DNA from: Alphaproteobacteria bacterium
GTDB lineage: Bacteria; Pseudomonadota; Alphaproteobacteria; SHVW01
Assembly: GCA_009694085.1 (NCBI GenBank)
Contig: SHVW01000001.1
Coordinates: 8,164 to 72,163 of the forward strand
Length of the DNA stretch: 64,000 bases
Direction: 5' to 3'
Below, one piece after another: positions 18,463 through 28,397 of the stretch (the first letter of the stretch is position 1; each line of letters opens with the position of its first letter). Position numbers and translations under genes: made by a program. Below the pieces are notes generated by a model, which saw only the letters and a program-made list of their open reading frames with translations, was not told the origin of the DNA and ran no database searches.

Positions 18463-20460
18463 ATGACGGAACAAGGTACGAGCGCGGCCGGCGCTGATGA
18501 TGCAGCTGCGAAAAAGGCCGAAGAATTCATCGAGCAGGAGGAAGGGGCGGTTAACCGTTTCGGCGGTTGGCTCGGGGTAGCGATTTCCGGGCTGGCCGTG
18601 GCCATGACCCTATTCCATCTCTACGCGGCCTACGACATCGTGTCGGCCCAAGTGCTCCGCCCTGTCCATGTCGGCTTCATGCTGGTGTTGACTTTCCTGC
18701 TGTTCCCCATGGCCCGGCGCTTCCGTCATCGCCTGATGCCGTGGGACATTCTGGGGGCGGCCGCCTCAATCGCGGTCGTCTGGTATCTGATCGCTGGCGG
18801 CGACGACCTCACCGACCGCTACACCGCGCCCCGCGCGATGGACATCGCGATGGGCCTGGCGTTCATGGCATTGCTGCTGGAGGCGACGCGACGGTCGACC
18901 GGCTGGATCATGCCGGTGGTCGCGCTGTTATTCCTAGCCTATGCGTTGTTCGGACCGCATTTGCCTCCGCCCTGGACCCATCGTGGTTACGACTTCGAGC
19001 GCTTGGTCGGTCAGCTTTACATGACACTGGAAGGTGTTTTCGGCACGGCGGTAGACGTGTCTTCCAGTCTGATCATCATGTTCACGATTTTCGGTGCCAT
19101 CCTGCAATTCTCCGGCGCGGGCAAGTTCTTCATCGACTTCTCCATGGCTGCTATGGGCGGAAAGTCATCGAGCGCGGGGCGTTCGGTCGTCATGGCATCG
19201 TTCCTGCTGGGTGGTCCGTCCGGCTCCGGCGTGGCGACCACGGTCACGATTGGCTCCGTTGCCTATCCGCTCCTGGCCAAGGCCGGCTACGAAAAAAATG
19301 CGGCCGGCGGCCTGCTCGCAGCTGGCGGTCTCGGCGCCATCCTATCGCCGCCGGTGCTGGGCGCGGCCGCCTTCCTGATCGCTGAATTCTTGAAAATATC
19401 CTATCTCGACGTCATCCGCATGGCCGTCATCCCGACCATTCTCTATTACCTCTCCTTGTTCGTGATGGTGGAACTGGACACGAGGCGATTCGGCATCGTT
19501 GGCGTTACCATCGACAAGGACCGGGGCGTGTGGGCGCTAACGCGGGAATACTGGTTTCATTTCGTCTCGCTGATTTCGATCGTCGTTTTCATGCTGCTCG
19601 GCTTCTCGCCACTGCTGTCGGTGTTCTGGGCGACCGTGGTGGCCTGGCTGTCGAGCTATCTGCATCGGGACTGCGCTCTCTGGCCCAAGAAGTTGTGGCA
19701 GGCGCTCTCGGCGGGGTCGATCGGCATGCTCAACGTTGCGGGCACCTGCGCCACGGCAGGCATCATCGTCGGCGTCGTCACGCTCACCGGCCTCGGTCTC
19801 AAATTCAGCGCCATCGCGATTGCCTATGCCGGCGGTAGCTTGCTTTTGACCACCGTTTACACGGCCTTGATCGTATGGGTCATCGGGCTCGCCGTGCCGG
19901 TTACGGCGTCCTACATCATCTGCGCCGTAATCGCCGCGCCCGCCTTGATCCAACTGGGCGTGCCCGACTATGCCGCCCACATGTTCATCTTCTACTACGC
20001 CGTCTTGTCCGAGGTGTCGCCGCCGACTGCGCTGTCGCCCTTCGCCGCTGCCGCCATCACCGGCGGCGATCCCTATAAGACGACGCTGCAATCCTGGAAA
20101 TACACCATGCCAGCCTTCCTGGTGCCGTTCGTCTTCGTGCTCGATCCCGCCGGCATCGGCTTGTTGCTGGTCGTGCCCAAGGACGGATCGTGGATCGACA
20201 TCGTGGCGATCACGGTAACGACCGGCATCGGCATCGGTGCGATCGCCGCCGCCGCCCAGAGCTGGTTGCTCAAGCGCACCACCGCGATCGAGCGGCTTCT
20301 TCTTCTGGCGGCGGGCATTCTACTCGTCGTGCCGGGCCTCTTAGAGCGCTGGTTTGGATTGCCGGCGAAGCTGGCGGGAATCAGCGTGAACTATGGCGAC
20401 GTCATTGGAATTGCAGCCGTTGCCGTCGCGCTCGCCGCCCAGAAATTACGGAAGACCTGA
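18463..20460 (+). CDS. TRAP transporter fused permease (TAXI-associated DctQ-DctM fusion).
   Basis: About 665 aa with many TM helices and typical TRAP fused-permease motifs. The track start (TTG at 18370) is probably too far upstream. Confidence 0.7.
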   Translation: MTEQGTSAAGADDAAAKKAEEFIEQEEGAVNRFGGWLGVAISGLAVAMTLFHLYAAYDIVSAQVLRPVHVGFMLVLTFLLFPMARRFRHRLMPWDILGAAASIAVVWYLIAGGDDLTDRYTAPRAMDIAMGLAFMALLLEATRRSTGWIMPVVALLFLAYALFGPHLPPPWTHRGYDFERLVGQLYMTLEGVFGTAVDVSSSLIIMFTIFGAILQFSGAGKFFIDFSMAAMGGKSSSAGRSVVMASFLLGGPSGSGVATTVTIGSVAYPLLAKAGYEKNAAGGLLAAGGLGAILSPPVLGAAAFLIAEFLKISYLDVIRMAVIPTILYYLSLFVMVELDTRRFGIVGVTIDKDRGVWALTREYWFHFVSLISIVVFMLLGFSPLLSVFWATVVAWLSSYLHRDCALWPKKLWQALSAGSIGMLNVAGTCATAGIIVGVVTLTGLGLKFSAIAIAYAGGSLLLTTVYTALIVWVIGLAVPVTASYIICAVIAAPALIQLGVPDYAAHMFIFYYAVLSEVSPPTALSPFAAAAITGGDPYKTTLQSWKYTMPAFLVPFVFVLDPAGIGLLLVVPKDGSWIDIVAITVTTGIGIGAIAAAAQSWLLKRTTAIERLLLLAAGILLVVPGLLERWFGLPAKLAGISVNYGDVIGIAAVAVALAAQKLRKT

Positions 20461-20473
20461 CGCTCTCCCCACC

Positions 20474-21817
20474 TCAGAGGTATCTCAGCCACATATAGAC
20501 ATGGCTGATCGCGATGCTGATCAGCATCAGCGGGAAGGCGTATTTTGTATAGGTCAGGAAGCTGAAGCGGATGCCGTTGCGTTCGGCTAGCCCTGCCACG
20601 GTCAAATTGGCGCTGGCCCCGATCAGCGTGCCGTTGCCGCCCAGGCAAGCGCCGAGCGACAACGCCCACCACAGGGGCAACAGACCTTCCGGACCGCCGA
20701 AATTCGGCGCCATCGCCTTGATCAAGGGAATCATGGTGGCGACAAAGGGGATGTTGTCGACGATCGCCGACAGGATCGCGGACGACCACAGAATAGCATA
20801 GACCGTGAGCGCGAGATCTCCGCCCGTTGCCACGATCAGGTGGTCGGCAAGCAGCTTCAGCACGCCGGCGACTTCGACGCCATGGACCACCATGAACAGG
20901 CCGCAGAAGAAGAAAATGGTGATCCATTCGACGTCCGCGAAGGTCTTGTTGATGTTCTCGGTTTGCGCCTCGCCGTGGTGGACAAGGTTGTCCAGCAGCA
21001 TGAGCGCGGCCGCCCCGAACATGGCGATGGTGCCGGGCTCCAGGTGTAGCGGGCGCGCCAGCACGAAGGCGACGATGACGATCGCAACAACCGATAGGGA
21101 TTGGCGCAACAGGGTCCAGTCCGTGATTGCATCCATCTCGTTCATGGCCATGACGCGCGCGCGCCGCACGGGCGTGGCGCTCATGTGCCGGCCCCAGATC
21201 AAGTGCGTACACAGCAACTGCACCGCCATGATAACGATGATGACGGGCGTGAGGTTGATCACGAAATCGTTGAAGCTGAGATCGACGAGGGAGCCGATCA
21301 GGATGTTGGGCGGGTCGCCGATCAGGGTGGCGGTGCCGCCGATGTTGGAGGCAAAAATCTCGGCGAACAGGAAAGGGTAGGGCGGTACGTCCAAATCGCG
21401 GGTGATGGCCAGCGTGACCGGCACGATCAGCAGCACCGTCGTCACATTGTCGAGCAGGGCCGACAGCACGGCCGTGACCACGGATAGCATGATCAGGATG
21501 CCCCAGGGGCTGGCCTGGGATTTCTTGGCCGACCAGATCGCGACGTACTGGAACACGCCGCATTTGCGCGTCACGCTGACGATAATCATCATGCCGGTCA
21601 GCAAGGCAATCGTGTTGAAATCGATGCCTTTGAACGCTTCGTCCTGGTTGAGCACGCCGGACAGGATCATGATCCCGGCACCCAAGACGGCGACGATCGA
21701 GCGATTGATCTTCTCGCTCATGATTGCCACATAGGTCACGATCAAGAGGATCGAGGACACCCACATCGGGTTGAGGCCGAACAGAACATTGGGCACCCAC
21801 GCTGCGCTCTCGTGCAT
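20474..21817 (-). CDS. ArsB/NhaD-superfamily anion permease (CitMHS/DASS-like).
   Basis: About 448 aa polytopic protein with inverted-repeat topology and 'GGTATLIGDPPNILI' / 'GGNGTLIGASANL' motifs. Confidence 0.6.
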   Translation of the reverse strand: MHESAAWVPNVLFGLNPMWVSSILLIVTYVAIMSEKINRSIVAVLGAGIMILSGVLNQDEAFKGIDFNTIALLTGMMIIVSVTRKCGVFQYVAIWSAKKSQASPWGILIMLSVVTAVLSALLDNVTTVLLIVPVTLAITRDLDVPPYPFLFAEIFASNIGGTATLIGDPPNILIGSLVDLSFNDFVINLTPVIIVIMAVQLLCTHLIWGRHMSATPVRRARVMAMNEMDAITDWTLLRQSLSVVAIVIVAFVLARPLHLEPGTIAMFGAAALMLLDNLVHHGEAQTENINKTFADVEWITIFFFCGLFMVVHGVEVAGVLKLLADHLIVATGGDLALTVYAILWSSAILSAIVDNIPFVATMIPLIKAMAPNFGGPEGLLPLWWALSLGACLGGNGTLIGASANLTVAGLAERNGIRFSFLTYTKYAFPLMLISIAISHVYMWLRYL

Positions 21818-21996
21818 CGGCTCATTTCCCCCGGTCTTTGCGGATTTGACCGCCGACGCGGTTGCGGCGACGGTGTCAACCCCGTGTTCTCCCTTTCCCA
21901 TGAGGGCAAGTTGGTCGTCAAGCGATCCGGCGGGCATGCAGGCTGAGCAGAGGAAGAGACAATGGCGGTGGGTTGGGTACCCTCGGGAACGCGCGA

Positions 21997-23115
21997 ATGA
22001 CTGCCCGCCCGCGCTTCATTGGCAGCGAGATCTATCGGCGCTCCACCTACGGCGCCAAGCATCCCCTGGCGATCCCGCGGGTTTCCGCCACCATCGATCT
22101 CGCCCGCGCGCTCGGTTGGCTGCCGCCCGAGGCCTATATCGAAAGTCCGATCGCTCGGCCGGATCAACTCACGCGCTTCCACGCGCCGGATTATGTCGCG
22201 GCTCTCATGGCGGCCGAGGCGTCGGGGAGCGTCGAGCCGGCCCTGCGCGAGCGCTACAATATCGGGCGTAACGGCAATCCGGTTTTCCCCGAGATTTTTT
22301 TCCGGCCCGCGACTGCCTGCGGCGCCTCGCTGCTGGCAGCCGAGATGCTGCTTGATGCCGGGCGTGGCATCGTCCACAGCCCGGCAGGCGGCACCCACCA
22401 TGGCCGGCCCGATCGGGCCAGCGGCTTTTGTTATTTCAACGACCCCGCGCTGGCCATTCTGCGCTTACTTGATGGTGGTCTCGACCGCATCGCCTATGTC
22501 GATCTCGATGCCCACCACGGCGACGGTGTGGAGGACGCATTCCTGGGCGATCCGCGCGTGCTCACCGTCTCAATTCACGAGGCCGGGCGCTGGCCGGGTA
22601 CGGGGATTGAGCCCGTTGGGGGCGCGGGCGGCACGGCGCGCAACCTGCCCGTGCCTGCCGGCTTCAACGACAGCGAAATGGCCCTGGCGGTCGACGCGGC
22701 GATCTTGCCCCTAATTCGCCGGCACGCGCCCGACGCGCTCCTGATCCAATGTGGCTGCGACGGCCTTGCCGACGATCCGCAGAGCGGGCTCGACCTATCG
22801 AACCGGGCGATCTGGCGCGCGGTTGGTGCTCTCAAGGGCATGGCGCCGCGCGTGCTTGTGCTTGGCGGCGGGGGTTACAATCCCTGGGCCGTCGCGCGCT
22901 GCTGGGCCGGCATTTGGGGCGTGCTCAACGGCCACGACTTGGACGCACCGTTGCCCGAGGCGGCCGAGGCCGTACTGCGCGGCCTGTCGTGGAACCACAG
23001 CCGCGGCCGCAATCCTCCGGACCGTTGGTTTGCGACTCTTGCCGATCCGCCGCGGGATGGGCCGGTGCGCGCCGAGCTGCGCGCCATCGTTGCAGCGGCT
23101 GCGGCGCATGAGTAG
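21997..23115 (+). CDS. Acetoin-utilisation AcuC / histone-deacetylase-like amidohydrolase.
   Basis: 'GFCYFNDPALAI', 'YVDLDAHHGDGVEDAF' and 'GGGGYNP' motifs of the arginase/deacetylase fold. Confidence 0.7.
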   Translation: MTARPRFIGSEIYRRSTYGAKHPLAIPRVSATIDLARALGWLPPEAYIESPIARPDQLTRFHAPDYVAALMAAEASGSVEPALRERYNIGRNGNPVFPEIFFRPATACGASLLAAEMLLDAGRGIVHSPAGGTHHGRPDRASGFCYFNDPALAILRLLDGGLDRIAYVDLDAHHGDGVEDAFLGDPRVLTVSIHEAGRWPGTGIEPVGGAGGTARNLPVPAGFNDSEMALAVDAAILPLIRRHAPDALLIQCGCDGLADDPQSGLDLSNRAIWRAVGALKGMAPRVLVLGGGGYNPWAVARCWAGIWGVLNGHDLDAPLPEAAEAVLRGLSWNHSRGRNPPDRWFATLADPPRDGPVRAELRAIVAAAAAHE

Positions 23116-23118
23116 GGT

Positions 23119-23619
23119 ATGGGTATGATGAGCATCGCAAGGCTTCAGGCGCGGTTCGATCGGATTGCCAGGTTGGCGGCGGCGGCTTTGCTGCTGGCGC
23201 TGGCTGTCGCCGCATCGGCCGTCGCTCAGCAATCCCCGGCCTTTCCCAAATCCGCCCTGACCATCGAGACCGCGTCGGGCACGCACCGCTTCAATATCGA
23301 ATTGGCGCAGACGCCGGAGCAGATGTCGTTCGGCCTGATGTTCCGCAAGCAGATGGCGCCCGATGCCGGCATGTTGTTCGTCTACGAATCGCCGCGCATG
23401 GCGGCGATGTGGATGAAGAATACCTACATCCCGCTCGACATGGTGTTCATTGGCGCGGACGGTCGCATCGTCAATATCGCGGAGCGCACGGTGCCCCATT
23501 CCGAAGCGACCGTCGCTTCCAACGGGCCCGTGCGCGCGACTTTAGAGCTTAACGGCGGCACGGCATCGCGGCTCGGCATCAAGCCGGGCGACCGGGTGCG
23601 CCACGAGGCCTTCAAATAG
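23119..23619 (+). CDS. DUF192-family secreted protein.
   Basis: Signal peptide plus 'MWMKNTYIPLDMVFIGADGRIVNI', typical of DUF192 (COG1430). Confidence 0.55.
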   Translation: MGMMSIARLQARFDRIARLAAAALLLALAVAASAVAQQSPAFPKSALTIETASGTHRFNIELAQTPEQMSFGLMFRKQMAPDAGMLFVYESPRMAAMWMKNTYIPLDMVFIGADGRIVNIAERTVPHSEATVASNGPVRATLELNGGTASRLGIKPGDRVRHEAFK

Positions 23620-24282
23620 TCAGAGCTTGAGTGCCAGCGTCAGCCCGTCGCCCACGGGCAGCACGCTGAGCGCCACGCGTTTGTCGACGTGGACCTTGCG
23701 GTTGAGCGCCCGGATGGCGCTCGTGTCTTCATCGGTCACGGTCTCATCGGCGGTTTTGCCGCCCCAGAGCACATTGTCGATGGCGACCAGCCCGCCCTTG
23801 CGCAGCAGGGTGAGGGCGCGCTCGTAATAGCCGTCGTAATTCTTCTTGTCCGCGTCGATGAAGGCGAAGTCGAAACTGCCGGCGGCGCCATCCCGGATCA
23901 GGCCGTCCAGGGTTTCCAAGGCCGGTGCCAAGCGCAAATCGATCTTGCCGGTCATGCCGGCCTCTGCCCAATGACTTCGGCCGATCGACGTCCACTCCTC
24001 GCTGACATCGCAGGCGATCACCTTACCTTCCCCGGGCAGGGCGAGCGCCACGACTAGCGCGCTATAGCCGGTGAACGTGCCGACCTCCAGGGTCTTGCGC
24101 GCGCCCAGAAGTTGCACCAGCAGCGCCATAAGTTGGCCTTGCTCGGGTGAGATCTGCATGCCGCCCCATTGCAACGGCTTGGTCGCCTCGCGCAGTTTGG
24201 CTAGAACCGGGTGCTCGCGCAGGGAAATACCGTGCAGATAGGCGCGAATCTCGTCGCTCATGCCCCAGGTCTTGCTCGACAT
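23620..24282 (-). CDS. Class I SAM-dependent O-methyltransferase (caffeoyl-CoA OMT-like, family 3).
   Basis: 'TLEVGTFTGYSALVVALALPGEGKVIACD' SAM motif and 'FDFAFIDADKKNYDGYYE' are typical of cation-dependent OMTs. AAGGAG RBS. The upstream part of the track ORF is the antisense translation of tRNA-Pro. Confidence 0.75.
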   Translation of the reverse strand: MSSKTWGMSDEIRAYLHGISLREHPVLAKLREATKPLQWGGMQISPEQGQLMALLVQLLGARKTLEVGTFTGYSALVVALALPGEGKVIACDVSEEWTSIGRSHWAEAGMTGKIDLRLAPALETLDGLIRDGAAGSFDFAFIDADKKNYDGYYERALTLLRKGGLVAIDNVLWGGKTADETVTDEDTSAIRALNRKVHVDKRVALSVLPVGDGLTLALKL

Positions 24283-24402
24283 TGCGGAGGACTCCTTGTG
24301 CCCTATTGGATTGCCATCCTGCCCCGGGGGCAAAGCCGGGGGAAGGGCGTTTGCTTGCCCTGTCGCGGCCATTCGTGTATCCCCTTGCTTTGCCAGCGGG
24401 AA

Positions 24403-24479
24403 CGGGGTGTAGCTCAGCCTGGTAGAGCGCCTATTTTGGGTGTAGGAAGCCGGAGGTTCGAATCCTCTCACCCCGACCA
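24403..24479 (+). tRNA. tRNA-Pro (anticodon UGG).
   Basis: Cloverleaf: acceptor CGGGGTG/CACCCCG, D-arm GCTC..GAGC, anticodon stem CCTAT/GTAGG with loop TTTGGGT, T-arm GGAGG-TTCGAAT-CCTCT, discriminator A, CCA. Its antisense translation ('RGFEPP') appears in the overlapping spurious ORF. Confidence 0.9.
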
Positions 24480-24511
24480 GTGCGGTACGCTCACGTATCA
24501 TTTCATTCGGG

Positions 24512-24814
24512 TTGCCGACCATGAAAGTGCGCATCTTCCAACCGAGCAAGACGGCGATGCAATCGGGCCGTGCCAAGACCCAGTCCTGGGTGGTCGAGCA
24601 CGAGCCGGCCACGCCCAAGGCACCGGAACCCTTGATGGGCTGGACCAGCGCCGGCGATACGCTGGGGCAAGTCCGGCTCGAGTTCGACAGTCAGGCCGAC
24701 GCCATCGCGTGGTGCGACAAGCACGGCCACGACTACGCGATCCAGGCGGCGGTCACCCGCGCGATCCGGCCGAAAGCCTATGCCGACAATTTCAAGTTCG
24801 ACAGAATTCGCTGA
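24512..24814 (+). CDS. ETC complex I subunit conserved-region protein (NDUFS4/AQDQ-like small protein).
   Basis: 'MKVRIFQPSKTAMQSGRAKTQSWVVE...' matches the ~100-aa bacterial NDUFS4-like family (ETC_C1_NDUFA4 region). Confidence 0.5.
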   Translation: MPTMKVRIFQPSKTAMQSGRAKTQSWVVEHEPATPKAPEPLMGWTSAGDTLGQVRLEFDSQADAIAWCDKHGHDYAIQAAVTRAIRPKAYADNFKFDRIR

Positions 24815-24851
24815 AATCGCAGGCGGCGCATATGGACTTGGTCCCGCCACT

Positions 24852-24928
<77 letters not shown>

Positions 24929-24988
24929 GCGGTGCGCGATCTTGTCATAGCCGATGGCGGCTACCGGGAGAGAGCGGAGGAGTTATAG

Positions 24989-25891
24989 GTGCAAACGGCA
25001 GAGACCTCCGCCAGTCGCCCCTATCGCTGGATCGAGGCCAACTCGATCGCGGGCGCGCTGGGCGCAGAGATCGACGGCGTCGATCTGTCCTGCGATCTGA
25101 CGGACGAGGTGATGGCGGAGATTCGCGCCGCTTCGCTTCGCCATCAGGTCATCTTCTTTCGCGACCAAAAGCTGACGCCGGAACAGCACGTCGCCTTTGC
25201 CCGCCGCTGGGGCGAGATCCTCTATTTCCCGCTTTCCGATGGGATCGAAGGCTATCCGGAGATTCTTGAGGTTAAGAAGACGCCGGCCGACAAGAAAAAC
25301 GTCGGCAATTTCTGGCATACCGACCAGATGTTCGCGGTGCGGCCGGCGATGGTCTCGATCCTCTATGGCCGGCAGGTTCCGCCCTTCGGCGGCGATACCA
25401 TGTTCTCCAACCAATACCTGGCCTACGAAACGCTGTCGCCTGGCATGCAGCGGATGGTGCGCGGCCTGCGCACGGTCAGCAGCAGCAGCCATCTCAATCG
25501 TGGCGGCGGCGAGGACGGCATGGACGGGGGCAAGTCCGTCTTCGATTCCACCGGCACCGCCATCAAGATCCGCGATCCCGGCAGTGCGCGCATGACTGGC
25601 GCCCATCCGCTGGTCCGCACGCATCCGGAGACTGGCCGCAAATCGCTGTTCATCGGCAGCCACACCCATAATTTCGAGGACATGACGGAGGAAGAAAGCC
25701 GGCCGCTGATCGATTTCCTGATGCGGCACTCCACTAGACCCGAACACACCTGCCGCTTCCGCTGGCGCACCGGATCGCTCGCGGTCTGGGATAATCGCTG
25801 CACCCAGCACCTCGCGCTCAACGACTATCCCAACGAGACGCGCGTGATGCATCGCATCACGATATTGGGCGACGAACCTTTTGCCTCCTGA
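24989..25891 (+). CDS. TauD/TfdA-family Fe(II)/2-oxoglutarate-dependent dioxygenase (taurine-dioxygenase-like).
   Basis: 'FWHTDQMF' (HxD iron ligands), C-terminal 'WDNRCTQH'. GTG start. Confidence 0.8.
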   Translation: MQTAETSASRPYRWIEANSIAGALGAEIDGVDLSCDLTDEVMAEIRAASLRHQVIFFRDQKLTPEQHVAFARRWGEILYFPLSDGIEGYPEILEVKKTPADKKNVGNFWHTDQMFAVRPAMVSILYGRQVPPFGGDTMFSNQYLAYETLSPGMQRMVRGLRTVSSSSHLNRGGGEDGMDGGKSVFDSTGTAIKIRDPGSARMTGAHPLVRTHPETGRKSLFIGSHTHNFEDMTEEESRPLIDFLMRHSTRPEHTCRFRWRTGSLAVWDNRCTQHLALNDYPNETRVMHRITILGDEPFAS

Positions 25892-26067
25892 TCGGTAGCG
25901 ACCGTTAAAGCTTGCCATCCTGTCAGTATATGTCAGGTTCCCTGTGACAAAAATTAGCGTGGTGATGTTTCGGCGGCCCTATAAGATCGCCTGCCAGCCA
26001 AGCAACAAAAATACCAGGGCGCGGGACCTGACCCGGCGCTTGGACCAACCGGAGGAGGAGCAGGGCC

Positions 26068-27285
26068 GTGCCGCTACGGAAATTCTCACGCGCGATCGGC
26101 GGTTTGGGCTGCGTGGCCACTGCCGTTGGGGCCTTGATTCTCGGCAGCGCCGGTCTTGGTCATGCCCAGGTGCCGCCCTTTCCGAAATCGCCCCAGACCA
26201 TCAACGTGATCGATGTTGGCGGCGTTCTCGCCCTGACCCAGGACGCGCTCGAAAAATACCGCGCGGCGCACCCCGAACGGGTCGCGCGTTTCACTTACAG
26301 CAAGGGGCCGAGTCCGACGCTGGCCGGCAAGATCAAGGCGCAGCAGGCGGGCGGCCGAGTCGATATCGACCTGGTGTTGAGCGGGATCAACGGCATCTCC
26401 GACGGCATCGTCCAGGGCCTGTGGGTCAAGGTGCTGCCCGAATATGAATCGAAGTTCGGTGGCAAGGTCGATGACATGCTCCTGCCCGGCGCGCTCAAGA
26501 CCCATCGCGACGCCCAGGGTTACGCCGTCGCCGTCGTGTTCACACCGGCTGGCCCGCTGCTCGAATACAATCCCGACAAGGTCAAGAACCCGCCCAAGAC
26601 AACAGACGAGCTGATGGCGTGGTGCAAGGCCAATCCCGATCGCCTGTTCTATGGCCGCCCCGCGCAATCCGGCCCGGCCCGCGCCTTCCTGCTCGGCCTG
26701 CCCTACATGCTTGGCGACAGCAATCCCCGGGATCCGGTCAAGGGCTGGGACAAGACCTGGGCCTATCTCAAGGAGCTCAACACCTGCATCGATTACTACC
26801 CGCCGCTGACCTCCACCACGATGAAGGAATTGGGTGACGGATCGAAGGACATGATCCTGACCACCATGGGTTGGGACATCAATCCCCGCGTCCTCGGCGT
26901 GGCGCCGAAATCGGCAAAGGTGCAGTTGATCACCGGGCCGAACGGCTTCACCTTCGTGACCGACGCGCAGTTCATGGCCATCCCGAAGGGCATTTCCCAG
27001 GACAAGCTGGCGGTCGTGCTCGACATCATGGCTTATCTGATGAAACCGGAGCAGCAGGCGATGACCTATGACCAGGGCTATTTCTATCCCGGCCCCTCGG
27101 TCAAGAACGTGCCCCTGAGCCAGGCGCCTAGGGAAAGCCAGGACGCCATCAAGGAGTACGGCCGCCCCGAATACGACAAGTGGATCAATGAATATCCGAT
27201 GGAACCGCCGATTTTCGCCGAGACCCTCGGCATTGCCCATCGCATGTGGGACGAATTGATCGGCGCCGCGGCGAAGCGGAAATAG
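26068..27285 (+). CDS. ABC transporter substrate-binding protein, family 1 (PotD/PotF-like).
   Basis: 405 aa with signal peptide and family-1 SBP architecture. Followed by the ATPase and two permeases. Confidence 0.65.
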   Translation: MPLRKFSRAIGGLGCVATAVGALILGSAGLGHAQVPPFPKSPQTINVIDVGGVLALTQDALEKYRAAHPERVARFTYSKGPSPTLAGKIKAQQAGGRVDIDLVLSGINGISDGIVQGLWVKVLPEYESKFGGKVDDMLLPGALKTHRDAQGYAVAVVFTPAGPLLEYNPDKVKNPPKTTDELMAWCKANPDRLFYGRPAQSGPARAFLLGLPYMLGDSNPRDPVKGWDKTWAYLKELNTCIDYYPPLTSTTMKELGDGSKDMILTTMGWDINPRVLGVAPKSAKVQLITGPNGFTFVTDAQFMAIPKGISQDKLAVVLDIMAYLMKPEQQAMTYDQGYFYPGPSVKNVPLSQAPRESQDAIKEYGRPEYDKWINEYPMEPPIFAETLGIAHRMWDELIGAAAKRK

Positions 27286-27295
27286 CGGAGCATTT

Positions 27296-28351
27296 TTGGG
27301 AGAGATCGCTATGGCCGCTGCCGCTAAACTGGTGCCGCACAAGCGCGGCTGGCTCAGCTCGGAAATGAGCAAGGAGCAGCTTACCCTCCAACTGACGGCG
27401 GAGCATCGCGCCGCCATCAAAGAGCTGATGACCGAGATCAAGGGCGAGGGGCTGGAGTTCCAGGAGATTCGCCGCAAGGATTTCGATCACCCCGCGCTCA
27501 ATGGCTTTCTCGCGCGCGTGCTGCACCAGATCAGGGAAGGCTACGCTATCGCCATCCTGAGCGGATTTCCGATCCAGGATTACAGTGTCGATGATCTCAA
27601 GGCGATCTATTGGGGGGTCGGCACCCATTTCGGCCGGGGCTGCTCCCAGAGCGCGAATGGCGACTATCTCGGACTGGTGACGGATCGCAAGAACGCCCGC
27701 GGCTACACCAGCAGCCGCGCGCTCGATCTGCATACGGATTCGGCCGAGATGGTCGGGCTGCTCTGCATTCGCAGCTCCGAGGAAGGCGGCATGAACATGT
27801 TCGCCAACTCGCTGACGATTTTCGACATCATCCAACGCGAACACCCGGAATACATGCCGGTTTACGCCAAGGGCTTTCCCTATCATCGCAAGGGCGAGGA
27901 AGCGCCGGGCGCCGAACCGATCACGCCTTTCGATTGCCCGATCTTCTCCATGGCGGGGGGTGTGCTGAGCTGCCGTTACTCCCGGGAGGGCTGGGAGTTG
28001 GCCTTGCGGGAGACGAAGCGCAACTACATATCGTTGGAGCGCACCGCGCTCGACTTCTTCGATCAGGTGGCCATGCGCGACGAGGTGCGCTTCGACATGA
28101 AGCTGAGTCCGGGCGAGGCCGTGTTCCAGAGCAATTTCGAGATGGTCCATGGCCGCACGGCTTTCGTCGATCGCGGCGAACCCGGTCGCGAGCGCCTGCT
28201 GTTCCGGCTCTGGCTGGTGGGCGATCCGCCGCGCCCCCTACGCCCGAACCTGCTGAGCTTCCAGAACAAGTCGGGGTTGCAGGGGATCGACAAGCAGGAA
28301 GGTCGCGTGCCGGGCCAAGCCCAGTTCACCGTCACCGCCAACATGGTCTGA
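27296..28351 (+). CDS. Divergent TauD/TfdA-superfamily Fe(II)/2OG dioxygenase (clavaminate-synthase-like).
   Basis: 'ALDLHTDSAE' HxD motif and distal 'EMVHGR' His. No WDNR motif. Confidence 0.55.
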   Translation: MGEIAMAAAAKLVPHKRGWLSSEMSKEQLTLQLTAEHRAAIKELMTEIKGEGLEFQEIRRKDFDHPALNGFLARVLHQIREGYAIAILSGFPIQDYSVDDLKAIYWGVGTHFGRGCSQSANGDYLGLVTDRKNARGYTSSRALDLHTDSAEMVGLLCIRSSEEGGMNMFANSLTIFDIIQREHPEYMPVYAKGFPYHRKGEEAPGAEPITPFDCPIFSMAGGVLSCRYSREGWELALRETKRNYISLERTALDFFDQVAMRDEVRFDMKLSPGEAVFQSNFEMVHGRTAFVDRGEPGRERLLFRLWLVGDPPRPLRPNLLSFQNKSGLQGIDKQEGRVPGQAQFTVTANMV

Positions 28352-28397
28352 GCGGCTGGTGGCCGCTGCCTTCGGACGCGAATAGGAGCGGGACCCC